Shown: positions 1 through 12,500 of the stretch, in pieces
Numbering within the stretch: the stretch's first letter is position 1
Layout of the letters: every line of letters begins with the position of its first letter
Assembly (NCBI GenBank): GCA_002633005.1
Contig: NMRA01000092.1
Span: 62,001-126,000, forward strand
Direction: 5' to 3'
Length of the DNA: 64,000 bases
Origin: Phoronis australis
Taxonomy: Eukaryota; Animalia; Phoronida
Program-made: the position numbers and the translations under genes
Notes under the pieces: model-generated
The model's input: the letters and a program-made list of their open reading frames with translations, nothing else
What the model was told of the DNA's origin: nothing
Databases searched by the model: none

Positions 1-3000
1 ATTTTTCCAGAGACCCAGCTCTCATGGCTCAGGGAGGGGATAATGGATACAACTATGGCTCTATTTCTTTTGTTGTTTCCTCAAAATGGTATATCACTTT
101 AGGAAAATTGATGACCTTATAGATTGCATCAGTCGCTGAGCATGTCTTGTTTTTTGAAAGCATACGTCTTTTCATATTTATTGGCCCCGCTCTTTAAGGG
201 GAAACTCCTGGCCTCAGTGGAAGTGTATCATTTTCCCTAGCCACCAGAAACTGGACTACCCGTTTTTCAACAAGGGATATTGAAACAACTCCAAACTAAA
301 AGGCACTTTACCATAGACCTCCGGACATCGCTCTTTCAAAAATACCTTCAAAGAATGACGCTGAAAAATGAACTTTTCCCAAACTGGATCATAATAAACT
401 GAACCTCGAACGTAGATCCAGTGCAGATAGAAGGCACGAAGCTAAGCTGTTTGTCTCAAGCATTTTTGTGTCAGTGAGTCATAGCTGAGGTGACCAGCGC
501 TTAGCCTAGCTTAAGTTCATTCAGTTTGTATTTTCATACTCATCCTTTGGCAGATCTCAACTACAGTGGCTTGAGGACTTGAGGGAAGTGATATGTGTAA
601 ATGTAACAATTTCATTGAAATGTCACAACTGTTAAATTTCATTGTTACAGTTCAAATTGCTAGGAATCTCCTAAAATGCAACAGTTTGTTACATTTGTTG
701 TTATTGTTACAATTTACCCCCCTAAATTCCTCTATGGTATCAGGGCCTTATGTAACCTAGTGAAGAGGTTCACTCATCTGATGAAGAGTCTACTTAAGAT
801 AAGTGAGAATGGAATGTGGATAAATCTGGTTGGGCTGACCACCTGACACTGGAGATATTCAAAAGATTTTATCAAATCGATCCTTATCTTGTTTAAAGGG
901 GATGTTTACAGCATGCTTTCTGTTTGTTATATTAGATTTGACTGCCTTGCATTTTTGGTTTTGGTTTTGGTTTCAAAGCTATAACTGCAAACACAAGCCT
1001 CATATAAATCAACAAAATAACAAATCAAACTACCTTCCATTGGGACAATGAAACTTTTGAATTTTGCTATCAACTCACCTCTTTGAAACAATACTGTAGC
1101 CATGCCTCAAATGTTTGATTTAACTCCCCTGCTAAATAGTAAAGTGAGTAATGGTTGGTGTCTAACCCAATGCATGACTGGTGATGGCTGTCGGTGGGAT
1201 GCGTTTCTTGAAAGTTACTGGACACTTTAGCCAGAAATTTGGTGTTAGGCTCCACACAACTGTTTCAGGAATATAATTTAATATCATTTGGGCAAAAGAA
1301 CAAAGTATCTGAGAATATACGCATTAGATAGTTGCTGGCTACTGAGATAATTTCTGTGAATTATTTCTAGACTGATGCTCTCATAATTTCTTGGCTAAAC
1401 CTTTTAGAAATTGTGAAGCGGAAGCCCGAGAACAAATTTCTGACTTAAACAAGTCTTTGGAAAGTGTAGAAAGACAAATTTGGCAGCGATTTTTATCCGA
1501 AATTGGTGAGATTTTACCTAAAAATTTACTGTGTTCAGCAGCAGGTCCCAGGCAATGACCATAGTTTAGCTGAATGGCTGTTTTAAAAGCTAGAGTTCCT
1601 GTAATTTTGTTATTTATTAAGAAGTTAATCAGTTCAAGATGGAAATTTTCTCAAGTCCAAAAGTTCAGGGACCCCTGGAACACACAAATTGTTGGATTGG
1701 TATGAAACTGTCATCAACTGTTGCCAGCTCCATAGAAACACGTCTGTCAAATATCACAAAGTTCTTGCAAAGGGCTTTAAGGAAATACAGCCACAAACGC
1801 AAAAAAAAAATCCCCAATAAGGGGAGCCAGAGTAGAGAAACCTGTCCGAAAAACAATGTCAGACACGGTCTCCTCATTAGGAACAAACCTGCCAATTTTC
1901 AAAAGGATTCTTCAAGCGGTTTGACAGATAAGAAGGCGGACTGTTGACAGTTCACAAACAACAGGAAAGACAACAGTTCTGAAATTGCAAACAAGAGCAG
2001 TGTGGAGCATTGAAATGCACTTATGACAGCACTGCAAATGGCGAGCTTCTATGTATCATAAAATGGTCATCAGATGGCCCACAATGTGTCAAACCCGCTG
2101 GAATTGAGACGGTGGTGTCGTTTTAAAAGTCTTACTGTAAATCACATTCATGAAACAGACTCCTGGTATAGTGACCCAGACAGAGGTTTTGTAACACACT
2201 GGTAGTTTGCTAAACAGAGACATTAAATTGGCTTTAAACTATCCACGATTTGTCATTAACTTGTGCATATTTTGGATGTTTCCCAATGTACATTTGCGTG
2301 GAGCTGCCTGTGTCTTAAGTTATTCAGCTTGTGAGCATGCTATTTCATTTTGCTGTTTGCTATATGTAAAATATGAACTATCAAGCAACTGAAATCTCAC
2401 CACTATAAAACTCCCTCCATAACACGTGAACTTTTGGTGGCGCTGAATGTTTGTCCACAAGATGGCGTTTCATGTCAATTGTCCACAAAATACACAAAAC
2501 AGCTCATTTCAATATGTCATTGCTGTATTACCAAAGTGTCTTTTACATCAACATCATTTTACATCTCACTGCTCCAACAATCCTGGATTTATACTTTATT
2601 GCACATCAAGTTAATTCTTGCCAATTCAAATTATCACCGATTACTGAATAAAAGCAATTTGTGGCTAACTGGGAAGCACCCTCAAAGCTAGTTTATAGTG
2701 AAACAGCACAAGTGAAGGTAAGACACACTAAGGTGATACATTGTGAATAATGAAAATACTGCAGATAGAGAATATATACAACACGTGAAACTAAGGTGAA
2801 TGACAATTTGCCAGGTGGGTGATACCCTGCCAATTTTCAAGATGGGTAACCACACATTCCTTATATACATACATATCAGAACACATATCAATATACTGGT
2901 ATATATAAAATGGTATGGGTTACGAGGAAGGGTTAATTGAGAAATTTAAGATAAAATGGAGTCGACTAGCAAATGAGGACGATGGCAAAATGTTGTAGTG

Positions 3001-3225
3001 AGACAACTGAAATAAACCACGATACGTAATATGCACCAATAGGAAAACAACTGGGTTACACATACTGAAGGCATGTAAGTAGTTCAGAAAAAATATAGAT
3101 CTGTACTTCATTGCAAAATTAGAATACTTAGATTTCTGCCTTTTGATAAAACATTTAGGGTATATTAGGTATGTGTTTTTCTTTAGCTAATTCGCAATTT
3201 ACTTTTTTTTACTAAACAATACAAG

Positions 3226-3520
3226 GCTCCAGACCCTATTTATGATGATCCACACGAGGACGCCGGTAGTCACCATAGGCACCCACATGATGATGCCTAT
3301 AGTCACCATAGTCATCATAGCTACCATCCAGAACAGCTGGCTGTACCTCACAATACTTATCCCAATGACCTTGTTTATGATGACCCAGATGGAACCGGTG
3401 CTGTGCATGACTTTGATTATGACGACCCAGATGCATGGAGTGGCATGCATGATGCTACTCACAGGTCCTCTGGGATAGTATGTCCAGTGCCCTATTCATC
3501 TAATCTGTCAACAGAGTCAA
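3226..3520 (+). CDS. BLNK: BLNK-like exon: His/Asp-rich with three YDDP motifs
   Basis: Acceptor ..aatacaag|GCT and strong donor TCAA|gtgagt (phase 1, joins 6748 as A+GT = Ser). Translation APDPIYDDPHEDAGSHHRHPHDDAYSHHSHHSYHPEQ...VYDDPDG...DYDDPDAW...NLSTES. Confidence 0.7.
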
Positions 3521-6500
3521 GTGAGTCTTCCCGTGCACCTCCAAGCTGCGAAGTCAATGCTAGCGTTCTCCTTCCTTGGTCACGTTGCACTTCCCGTGTT
3601 CTTTTCAATGGGTAGAGGTGTGTCGTCATGCATGCAAAATCCAGACCTACTTAATATCTGTGCAGACTGTCTGTATGCAAGATAGTACCAGATGTCGAAA
3701 ACCTCCCGAGACAATACCACATATTAGTTAAAATAATGTGATGAGAAAAATACCTACACAGGAGGGCGGCACATCCCTACCTACCCTTTCTGATTGTGAG
3801 AACCCCTCCACCCGACCTTGCACTAATAGAAAATTTCTCTTTTCCATGTCTTCTCTTGTCATTTTACTATATGAACTGGTCTTGCTTTAGATGAGCAATG
3901 ACGGATGTGTGATTTTGGCCATTGAAATCTTAGTACACTAAACAAGATTTGCACGCAAGTGGACAAGGAACCATGCACTATTTACCCCCAGAGTATCCAG
4001 CAAAGTTCTTGGCACATCAAAGGCTTGATGTCGCCGTCACAGAGTGAAGGAAGGGAGCTATTTGCTCTTCACCATGGGCTTTGGTGAACATCCTGGATGA
4101 GATAATGTGGTCGTAAAGCAACACACCTGTTTAGCGTACGGGTTTCAAATTAAAAAATCAAACATTAGGCAAAAGACCAACGTGACTGGTTTCAAAATTG
4201 AAAAGTAAATATTAGCCATCTTTGAATTGTTAAAATCAAAGCATTATAAGAAAAATTAACGAATAGATTTTCTTCAGCAACACGGCTAAGCAACGAGCAT
4301 TAATTTGTGAATCGATTATGACGGGTTAGTCAGTCTGGCATTATAGGCTCGCTTAGGCGTTTGGGTAACAAAACCGAAAATGTTAGCGTACGATTCGTCT
4401 CCTGGCCCTTGGGTTTACTATTTCAGGTTAGGCGAATGGGTCATTTCCAAAAACATATGTGTTACATATGTGTTGAAATTTGTGTCTGGTAAAGCTAAGT
4501 TATATTCGATGGTAGCATGTCACCAATATGGGGCATCGTTTTTGTACAAGTAGCACATAATATTAATAATGCTTCACCATTTCATACCAAATTTTGAAAA
4601 TTTATATGAGTGTTCGCAACAGTTTTAGATATTTTTTTTACTTTTTAAATTGAAATCTATTCAAAATTGGCAGAATTTTACCATAACTTAATTCACAGTT
4701 GTCCCAACCTGGCCTATTGTTTAATAATGCTCTCTAATCTGATAATAGATCTTATCCACCTTGAGTGGTTGATTACAATCTTTTATTATGAAGTGGCCTT
4801 TGTTCACAGTGGCCATTTTTTTAAGGTTTTATAACCAGGAAACTGCAAAAGAAGGACACACTGCTTAGTCAAATAACACCTTTTAATGGTATCGTTCTGC
4901 CTCATTCTGAAGGTCAGCAATATTTAGTTAGCAGAAATGACACCCTTAATAGCATGTATCATACTATTTATTTCATTTTTACCATTTTATTCAGTCTGTG
5001 CCCATATCTCCGCCTGTTCTGTCGGTCTTACCCTGTCGATAGTTGTCACGTTAATCTTTGAAAAACATGAGGAAAGAACGACGTCACTAGATCCTGCAAT
5101 GAGTGTCCATTGCTATTCAGACAAGGGTGTGGTAGTGCCTATGAGGGCATGTCAAAGTACATTGGTTTTGGCAGCGTGCTCTCCTTTAAGGGAGGTGCAA
5201 GTGTAACACAGACAGCTGTTAACTCGGGTCACGAAAAAAATGTTGGAAGACGATCGAAAGTACTAGACTCTTTTCCAGCTGTACTTTGAGGGGTAGCGTG
5301 GTTTCTGCCTTCTATTAGATATTGTAGGTGGTGCTGAAAGTTTGTTCAACAAAAGCTCTAAAACATGGTGCAATGCAGTATTATATCAATGAGTCACCTT
5401 TATGTCAAAAGTATGCTAAGTTAAAGTGACATGTTAACATTTGAATGACGTGCCTATTCTGCCAAGCTCCAGAAGGTTCTTTGAACCTTTTGTTCTGATC
5501 AAATTGGGAAAATTCTCCTGCAGGTTTCTCTGCAGGAGTTAGGCGATGCCCCCTGGTGCTGGAAAATCCTTAAATTATACACAATTGAAATTGTTTGGCA
5601 ATGGAAGTGCTGGATTTTCGTGATCATCAAATTACTCAATAATGCAGTAATTCGTCATCTATTGCATATTTCGCACAAATGATTGACAAAATCGTCTCTT
5701 GTCTTCTTTTCAGAGGCTGATTTGACCTAAATGCAATTTGCGAAAAGTTTACCAAACGTTTTTTTGTGATATTACACAATGTACACAACACAAATATTAG
5801 ACAAAATTTTCTTTATCTTAAGTTTGTCAAGAAATTTGACGATATAAAATTTCATTTGTCTGTCATATTGTGGGCTAAATAGGTGCGAAAAAGAAAGTGT
5901 AACTGAAAAAGACTATTTTTGGTATCGCAAACATTAAACAACGAAAATGCGCATGCATTGGAAATTTTTTTCCTGAAATCAAACACTGAAATTCCTTGAA
6001 AGCCTTAGATTTGTTAGAACCTCAAGGGGAATAATCGTTGACAAAGACTATGTTTTTTATCGTTATGTAGAGTTTCATTAATTTGTAACTTATACAATAA
6101 GATAAGTGGGATTTCATGTATTCTTCGAAATGTTTGCCAGAAAAGAACATTCCGCTTTTTATAGTGAGCTGGCTTGCAGTATATGTGTCTGAGTATCAAA
6201 ACTATAAAACTTTTCACCAAGGCAAAATGTGAACTGAAAATGATTGGAGATTTTTTAGTACATATGACCAAGATATCTAGTCTTTCAAAATTAAAATCCC
6301 AAAGTTAGAGACTTATTGTTTGAGTTAAATAACTGCAGATTTGTGAAAGGGAATTGTTCTTCTATGGAGAAGCTTTGTAGAATACACTTTTTCACGTCAA
6401 TCATTTGACCTTTCCTGCTGGTACAGAAAAGACAGGGCAGAAGATTAGAGTAATAAGTTGGTAATTGCTTTTAGGTGATTAGAGCAGGATTTTTTCATTT

Positions 6501-9500
6501 CTTTATTGCAATACAGGTTTGCTACATTCTGTTTGGTACTTTTAAAAAATATATGTATTGAAATTGAGTGTTTTGGTGGTATGCTTGAAATGAGTACAAC
6601 CTTTTCTGAGCCTGAGTAGTTAACTTTTTATTCAATAATGTAGATCTGAAATGTTTATGTTTTATTTAAAGCCGTTTCATGGTGCTATGCAGCAAAAGCC
6701 ATCTCTGCTCTACGCTGTCTTTGTTCAGTTTGATTGTTTAATTTTAGGTTCCAACAACTCGAGTGGCCTTGATTCCGACGAATACGAGAAGCCTTGTCTA
6801 CCAGGTATGAATCAAACAACTCTTTAGAAAAGGAGATCAGTTTGTGTAAACTTAAAGCTGCTAGTACCTAAGTACTTTTTGATTTTGACCAATCACAGTT
6901 TTGAAATTTCTGCCTTTAGTCAAGTAAGAGACAATTTTTAGGCTTGGAAAGAATTACTAACAGACGTAAAATCTCACCAATTTAGGACACAATATGGGAG
7001 ACTAGTGAAATTTTGTATCGTCATTTTTCCAAGAAAGATATAAAACACCAATTTAAATGATTTTCGGTGTTCAGGTTCTGTACCAGAACTACCGTCAAAC
7101 AAAATTTTGAAAATTTGTGGGTATTCACAACAAGGTTAGAAGTCCTTGAAAAATGCGAAAAGGGCATTTTGGCAATTATTTTTGTCCGAATTTGGTGAGA
7201 TTTTACCGTGCTATCAATTGATACCACTGAGTCAGTAAGTTCAAGCTTGCCACAGTGGGTCATTCTATGCAGCAAGCATAGTCTTGGCCAATAATGATTT
7301 ATCAGGGCTTTCCAACCGCATAAACCACTGACCATCTCAGCAAGAAAAAAGGTGAGACCAGTTTTAAAACTGTAAGTGGTCTATATCAAAAGTTCACTGT
7401 TGGGTCTATAGGTGCTTCAAGTGTCACTCAGTGTTTATTAGGTTATGGTAAATTTATTAACTTTAATTTTGAGTCATATTTACACTAGCAATTTAGCTGC
7501 AGATGTAAGCTAATCAATGTGCTTCAAGAGGCCGAGACTGCAATTGATTGTGTGAAATTGAGAACTCTCTCATCATAAAGCCTATACCAGTTCGAGACAA
7601 AATATAGGCTTGAAAAAACGTCTCTGTTCGTGACTCAGCTATAATGACCTGGGCCCGGGTGTAATCTTTGTACTCGAAATCAAATTCAAAGTATTTTTGT
7701 CATACATTCTGCTCTAACTTATGCTTATTCAATATAAATGCCTATTATTCTTTCAATTGCTAACATGTACAGCAGTATTTACAATATTGTCGATTCTGTT
7801 GTAGATCCATCCCCATGAAAATTGTGGTTAAAATGTTGTTGATTCTGTTGTAGATTCACCTGCTATAAGGCGTCCTGCTCCTCCGCCTAAGGAAGATACT
7901 CCGCCCCCTCGACCACCTAAACCAGGACAGACTAATGGTGCCCCAGGGTTAGCTCCTCGGCGTCAGGTAGAAATTAAGGCCATGTTTAAAATATTTTAAT
8001 TTCCTCCTCTCATCCTCCCTGTATTCTACTGAGATGGAAGAGTAGGCGAAATGTGTTGTTTTTGTGGCATCTAATGTTAGTGTAAGTTGTGTGATTAATA
8101 TGATTGGTTTAATATTACATCTTCAAGATGTAGAAACAATTCCGTAGCCTCACCCTTAATTTTGACTGATATTCTCTGAACCCCAGTGGTGCCAGCAAAC
8201 ATTATAGTCGGTGGGCCAGATCTCATAGCGTTCATCCTTGTGAGTACTTTGGGGGGGCAACCTAGTTTTTTCTATGTGGCTAGATAATATACCTGTGGTG
8301 CAAATTCCAGACCCGCACTCCTGAACTCCACTCTTGAGCCGAAAATGATCCTTACCTGATGACTTAACTCCATGCCTGTTGGCCATAGTCTAGTCTTTGA
8401 TCTTAGTCTGGTTGAGGAATCTGGTCAGCTCTTGGGTATGAAATATCTTCTGGGCGTTTGTATAGGTTAGGGGCACAGGTACGGAATTTGTGCCATGCGT
8501 TTGATGTTTGCTGGTCTGTGACTGGGCTTTAGAGGATTGTTGCTGGAGTTTAGAGGCACAGCCATGGAATTCTTTCTACCCCTGATCTTGGAAGGTGTTG
8601 AAGTTGCTTCTTGTACACCTTTTCGTGACTGGACTCGCTTCTTTGTGGTGCTAAATATACCTTTTTCACAAAAAAACAAATTCTTTTACAAATCTTAAAG
8701 ATTGTAAATAATTTTTGTTGAATTTCACATGTGGCGTATGGTTATTGGTTGAAAGAGAAACAAACGATTATTATTTAAGCCTAATCATAGTGTATTCTAA
8801 ATTTCAACTGCATATTGATTTTAATGAATTAATTGGAATTTGTCTGGGCTTATAAAGTTAATACGTTTGCTTCAGCATAGTACGTAAATGAAAATAAATC
8901 ATCCTTGCTATCTAAATAATATGCATTCAAGTAGATATTTAATTTTTTTGAATCTCTTGAATGAAATTGTATGGTATATCATGAATTATTGAAGATTGTA
9001 TTTATCGAAGGTCGTTGATTGGTTTTAGATGCCTTCAGCATCTGATGACAGTGACGATAACGAAGATGACTATATCACCCCAGGTGATCCCCCATGTCCT
9101 TCACAAGATAACCCCCCTGAAACTGCGCCCCCTCCACCGTTGCCTATCCATTCTCCTCCTGAATCAGATGAAGTCCCACCGATGCGCCCCTCAGTGCCAA
9201 ATCGCCGTGACCACCCAGTTCCTCCACCTTCGCCTGGTTCCCGCCCGCCTGCAAAATTTCCCCCTGCTGAAAATACAATCACTCCTCCACCCTTGCCTCC
9301 GTCGCGACCTGTTGAAAAGAAACCTGTTGCACAAATTAAACCCCCTGTGAACCATAGACGGTCACCTTCTCCTGCTCTAAGTGTCCCCGAGAAGAAAGAT
9401 AAACCCAATTTGCCTCATCCGCCTTCGCCAGTTAACTCTACTCCATCTACCACCAGTCCCACATCACCAAATCCCCGGGTCCCTTTGTTACCAGTGCCAA

Positions 9501-12500
9501 GGAATAAACAAACGGGGAACGAGGTAAGTGCACTACTTAAAGTGTTAATAAATCTACATTCTTTTGATGAAATTACTTACTATAGTTATAAAATTGGTCT
9601 CATTTTGTTCCCTCTTGAGGTGAGAAGTGATTTTTAGTCATGCAAGGAGCTTACGGTCTATTCTCCCTTGAGACCATCGTCAGGTAATAAAGTAACACTT
9701 CATGGCAATTCAACTTGCAAAGCAGTTTTCCAAGCCTATAAACCACACATAGGAGCGTTTTGAGACCAACTTCATAATGCTAAGCACGGGCAGCGCAGCA
9801 CTAAAAAAAGTGGGGGCTGTAACCCCCCTCCCCTCTGTAGTGCACTACCCATAGACCATGGACAGCGCAGTTCTGAAAAAGAGTAGGGGGAGGCTTTATC
9901 CTCCCAGCCCCCTATGGTGTGCTGTCCATGCTAAGTGATATAAAATGAAAATATGTTTTTGCAACAAAAGGCAAGTTAGGAACTGCTTTAAGCCACACAA
10001 TTATTAACTTTTTGTGCAGAACATTCACTTTTTCTGATCATCCTTCTACTTTTTAGACTTTTTGTTATCCAATATTAAAACTATGTAGACACTCCAGAAA
10101 TCCTACAAAGTAACCCAGCATTCCCTGTCATGCAGACTGAAGTGCAAGTGGAATGTACTGTCAATGTCATTCATGACAGTAAATTTACCAAAAATTTGTA
10201 ATCAAACTTCGGCAATAGAGTTGGTATAAGTTCCAAAATCAATGTTTTCCCATTGCCTGTAGCAGGTAAAACACCAGCCATCTTGTTTTCTTCAACAAAA
10301 GCTTTCACACAGGCATTAAACTAGTTCTTGGAACGCCTTGCTAGCTGACTTACTTTGCGCCCCCTAGAGGCCGTTTTAAGTTTAGTAAGTACTGCTCTCT
10401 TTTATGTAAATGTTTTAAGTAATAATCATCCCTTGTTACTGTGCTGTATGCAGTGACTTCAGTAATGCTCCATGTTGGTCTTGCAGTATATTGGTTCTGT
10501 TTTTAGCCTCTGCCTTTCTATCAACCTAACAGTTTAAAAATTATTTGGAATTTTTTTAATGCTTTTCTATTGACAGTGCTGATGATGATTTTTGGACCTT
10601 TTCTTCCACTGCTTTGCCCCCTAGTAGCAGTTATATTTCTTTGCATCAATGTCTGGAAACTTTAATGAAGGAAGGATCTTTATAAAATTTGTAGGATAAG
10701 GTTTTATCCTGGATAGAACTCTTGCACATTTTTAGTGAGTTCTGACTTGTATGCCCGCTTCTCTATCTTCCAAACTCTTCAAAGAATGATAATAACAAAT
10801 GAATTTTCAAAGGTGGCGTCAATCATCGGTTGGATCTGACTGCTGCAGCACCCCCTTGTGGTAATTTTATTTGGTTTGCATCAGTTTCTACCTGGGGTCT
10901 GCTTCACGAAAACTGACATTTAAGTTTGACACTGAAGTCTTAAAAGACTTAAGTAAAAAATTTGATCTTGTGCTCCACAAAACTATCTCTAAAAAGATTA
11001 TAATATGTCACTTCAGCAAAAACACAAGATGTCTGAAAGTATACACATTACTGATAGCTTCTTAGATTGTTTTATAAATTATTTCTAGACCGTGATGCAC
11101 CTGTACTTGACTAAGCATTTTTGAGCAACTGTGAAGTGGCGACATTAGGTCAAATTTCTGTCTTAAGTCTTCAATCGCGTTTCATGTAACATAATCCAGG
11201 ATTAAATTTTACCAGCTTTTGGGTGACTGTACTTCAACCTGAAGACTCGATTTCTTGCTAAATTAATGTTCACTCTAGTTCATGGTAACGTTCCCTTTCT
11301 ATCTTTGCTGTTTCCAACATACAAGGTGGCGACATATCCACGCTTTGCTCTTGTTTGTGTAGCAGCCTGTCTGCTGGCAGATAAGTCAAAGCAAACGTTT
11401 GCATACACTACCAGCAGGTACTCCAAGAGGAAGAACAGAAAAAACAATCAGTAAAAGATCGCATTGCTCAGCTGAACAAATCTAGTCACACTGACTCTCG
11501 GGCACTTATTAAGCCCAAGCCGATAGAGAAGCCCAAACGACTGCAACCCTCAGACAGTAGCAAATGTATGCCAGCAGAGACATCTAATGCACCGAAAGCA
11601 ACAAGTTCTGCATCAGCTAGAGTAGATGATGCACCACCTAAACTCCCTGCACCAAGGCCTGGCAAACCAGGTTTGTATATATCTCTCTCTCTCTCTGTCG
11701 TGGCAGAAGATGTTACCAAATTTTCCCAATTTAGGACAAAAATGGATGACGAACCAGGTCTTTTTCTTTTTCATTTTTCAACAGCTTTTAACATTGTTTT
11801 GATTGCCCGCAATTTCTCAGAATCATTGTTAGGGGAGTAGCTATGGTATAGATCTTTAAATAAGAGATTAAGCAATTATTTGGTGTTACTAATCTTTAAT
11901 AAAAAATAAAATTTCATTTGTCGGCCATATTGTGTTCTAAATTGTTGAGATTTTACTGTAGATCAGTGTTTTAAGGGTGGTTCACAAGGTTTCTAAATCT
12001 CAAAACTTTCCCCACTTGATACACAAGATGTAAACACCTTGTTGTCTTGTCATTTCTAAGGCCATCACAAATGTGTTGTGCTTTAATTAGACTGAATGAA
12101 CCCCTGCCTATGAAATGTCCACTGCAGATTTTGGTAATTTTTCACTAAATTAGGGAAATTTAGACTTTTGGTTTGTCATTTTTCACAATATTATGGAAAC
12201 TACTGTTCAGCCAGCTGTCAAAAACAGTACTTGCCAATATTGTAGAAAGATAGTGACATGCGTAATGTGTTGACAGGAATTATATGAAATACTTTGGTGT
12301 TTATATTAGGAGCCTGGGCCATTCAGTGATGTTTTGTAGTTGGTCAATGCTTTTCCACAACCAGGAAAGCCTTTGTCACCCTCAGCTCTTGATATCAAGA
12401 AAGTCGATCTAAGCTGCTATTGTGTTGTACAGGGCAATTACCACATTAACAGCAATAGCTTGAAATGTTAAGGACAGAAACTGGTAATTTTTTAATGTGT

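Noticed and set aside
11-120. Possible upstream exon of the BLNK-like gene (tttttccag| ...DPALMAQGGDNGYNYG)
   Set aside because: The acceptor is plausible, but I found no donor in phase with the exon at 3226.
8150-8680. GC-richer intronic stretch with short minus-strand ORFs (decayed retroelement?)
   Set aside because: I could not recognise RT, endonuclease or gag motifs in the frames I read; a Dfam or tBLASTx search would be needed.
9070-9408. Gly-rich antisense ORF, and similar shadow ORFs at 3199-3478, 11486-11719, 26863-28011 and 61086-62780
   Set aside because: Antisense or off-frame shadows of real low-complexity coding exons.
12365-12430. Possible extra exon GKPLSPSALDIKK
   Set aside because: An acceptor-like site is present, but there is no convincing phase-1 donor.
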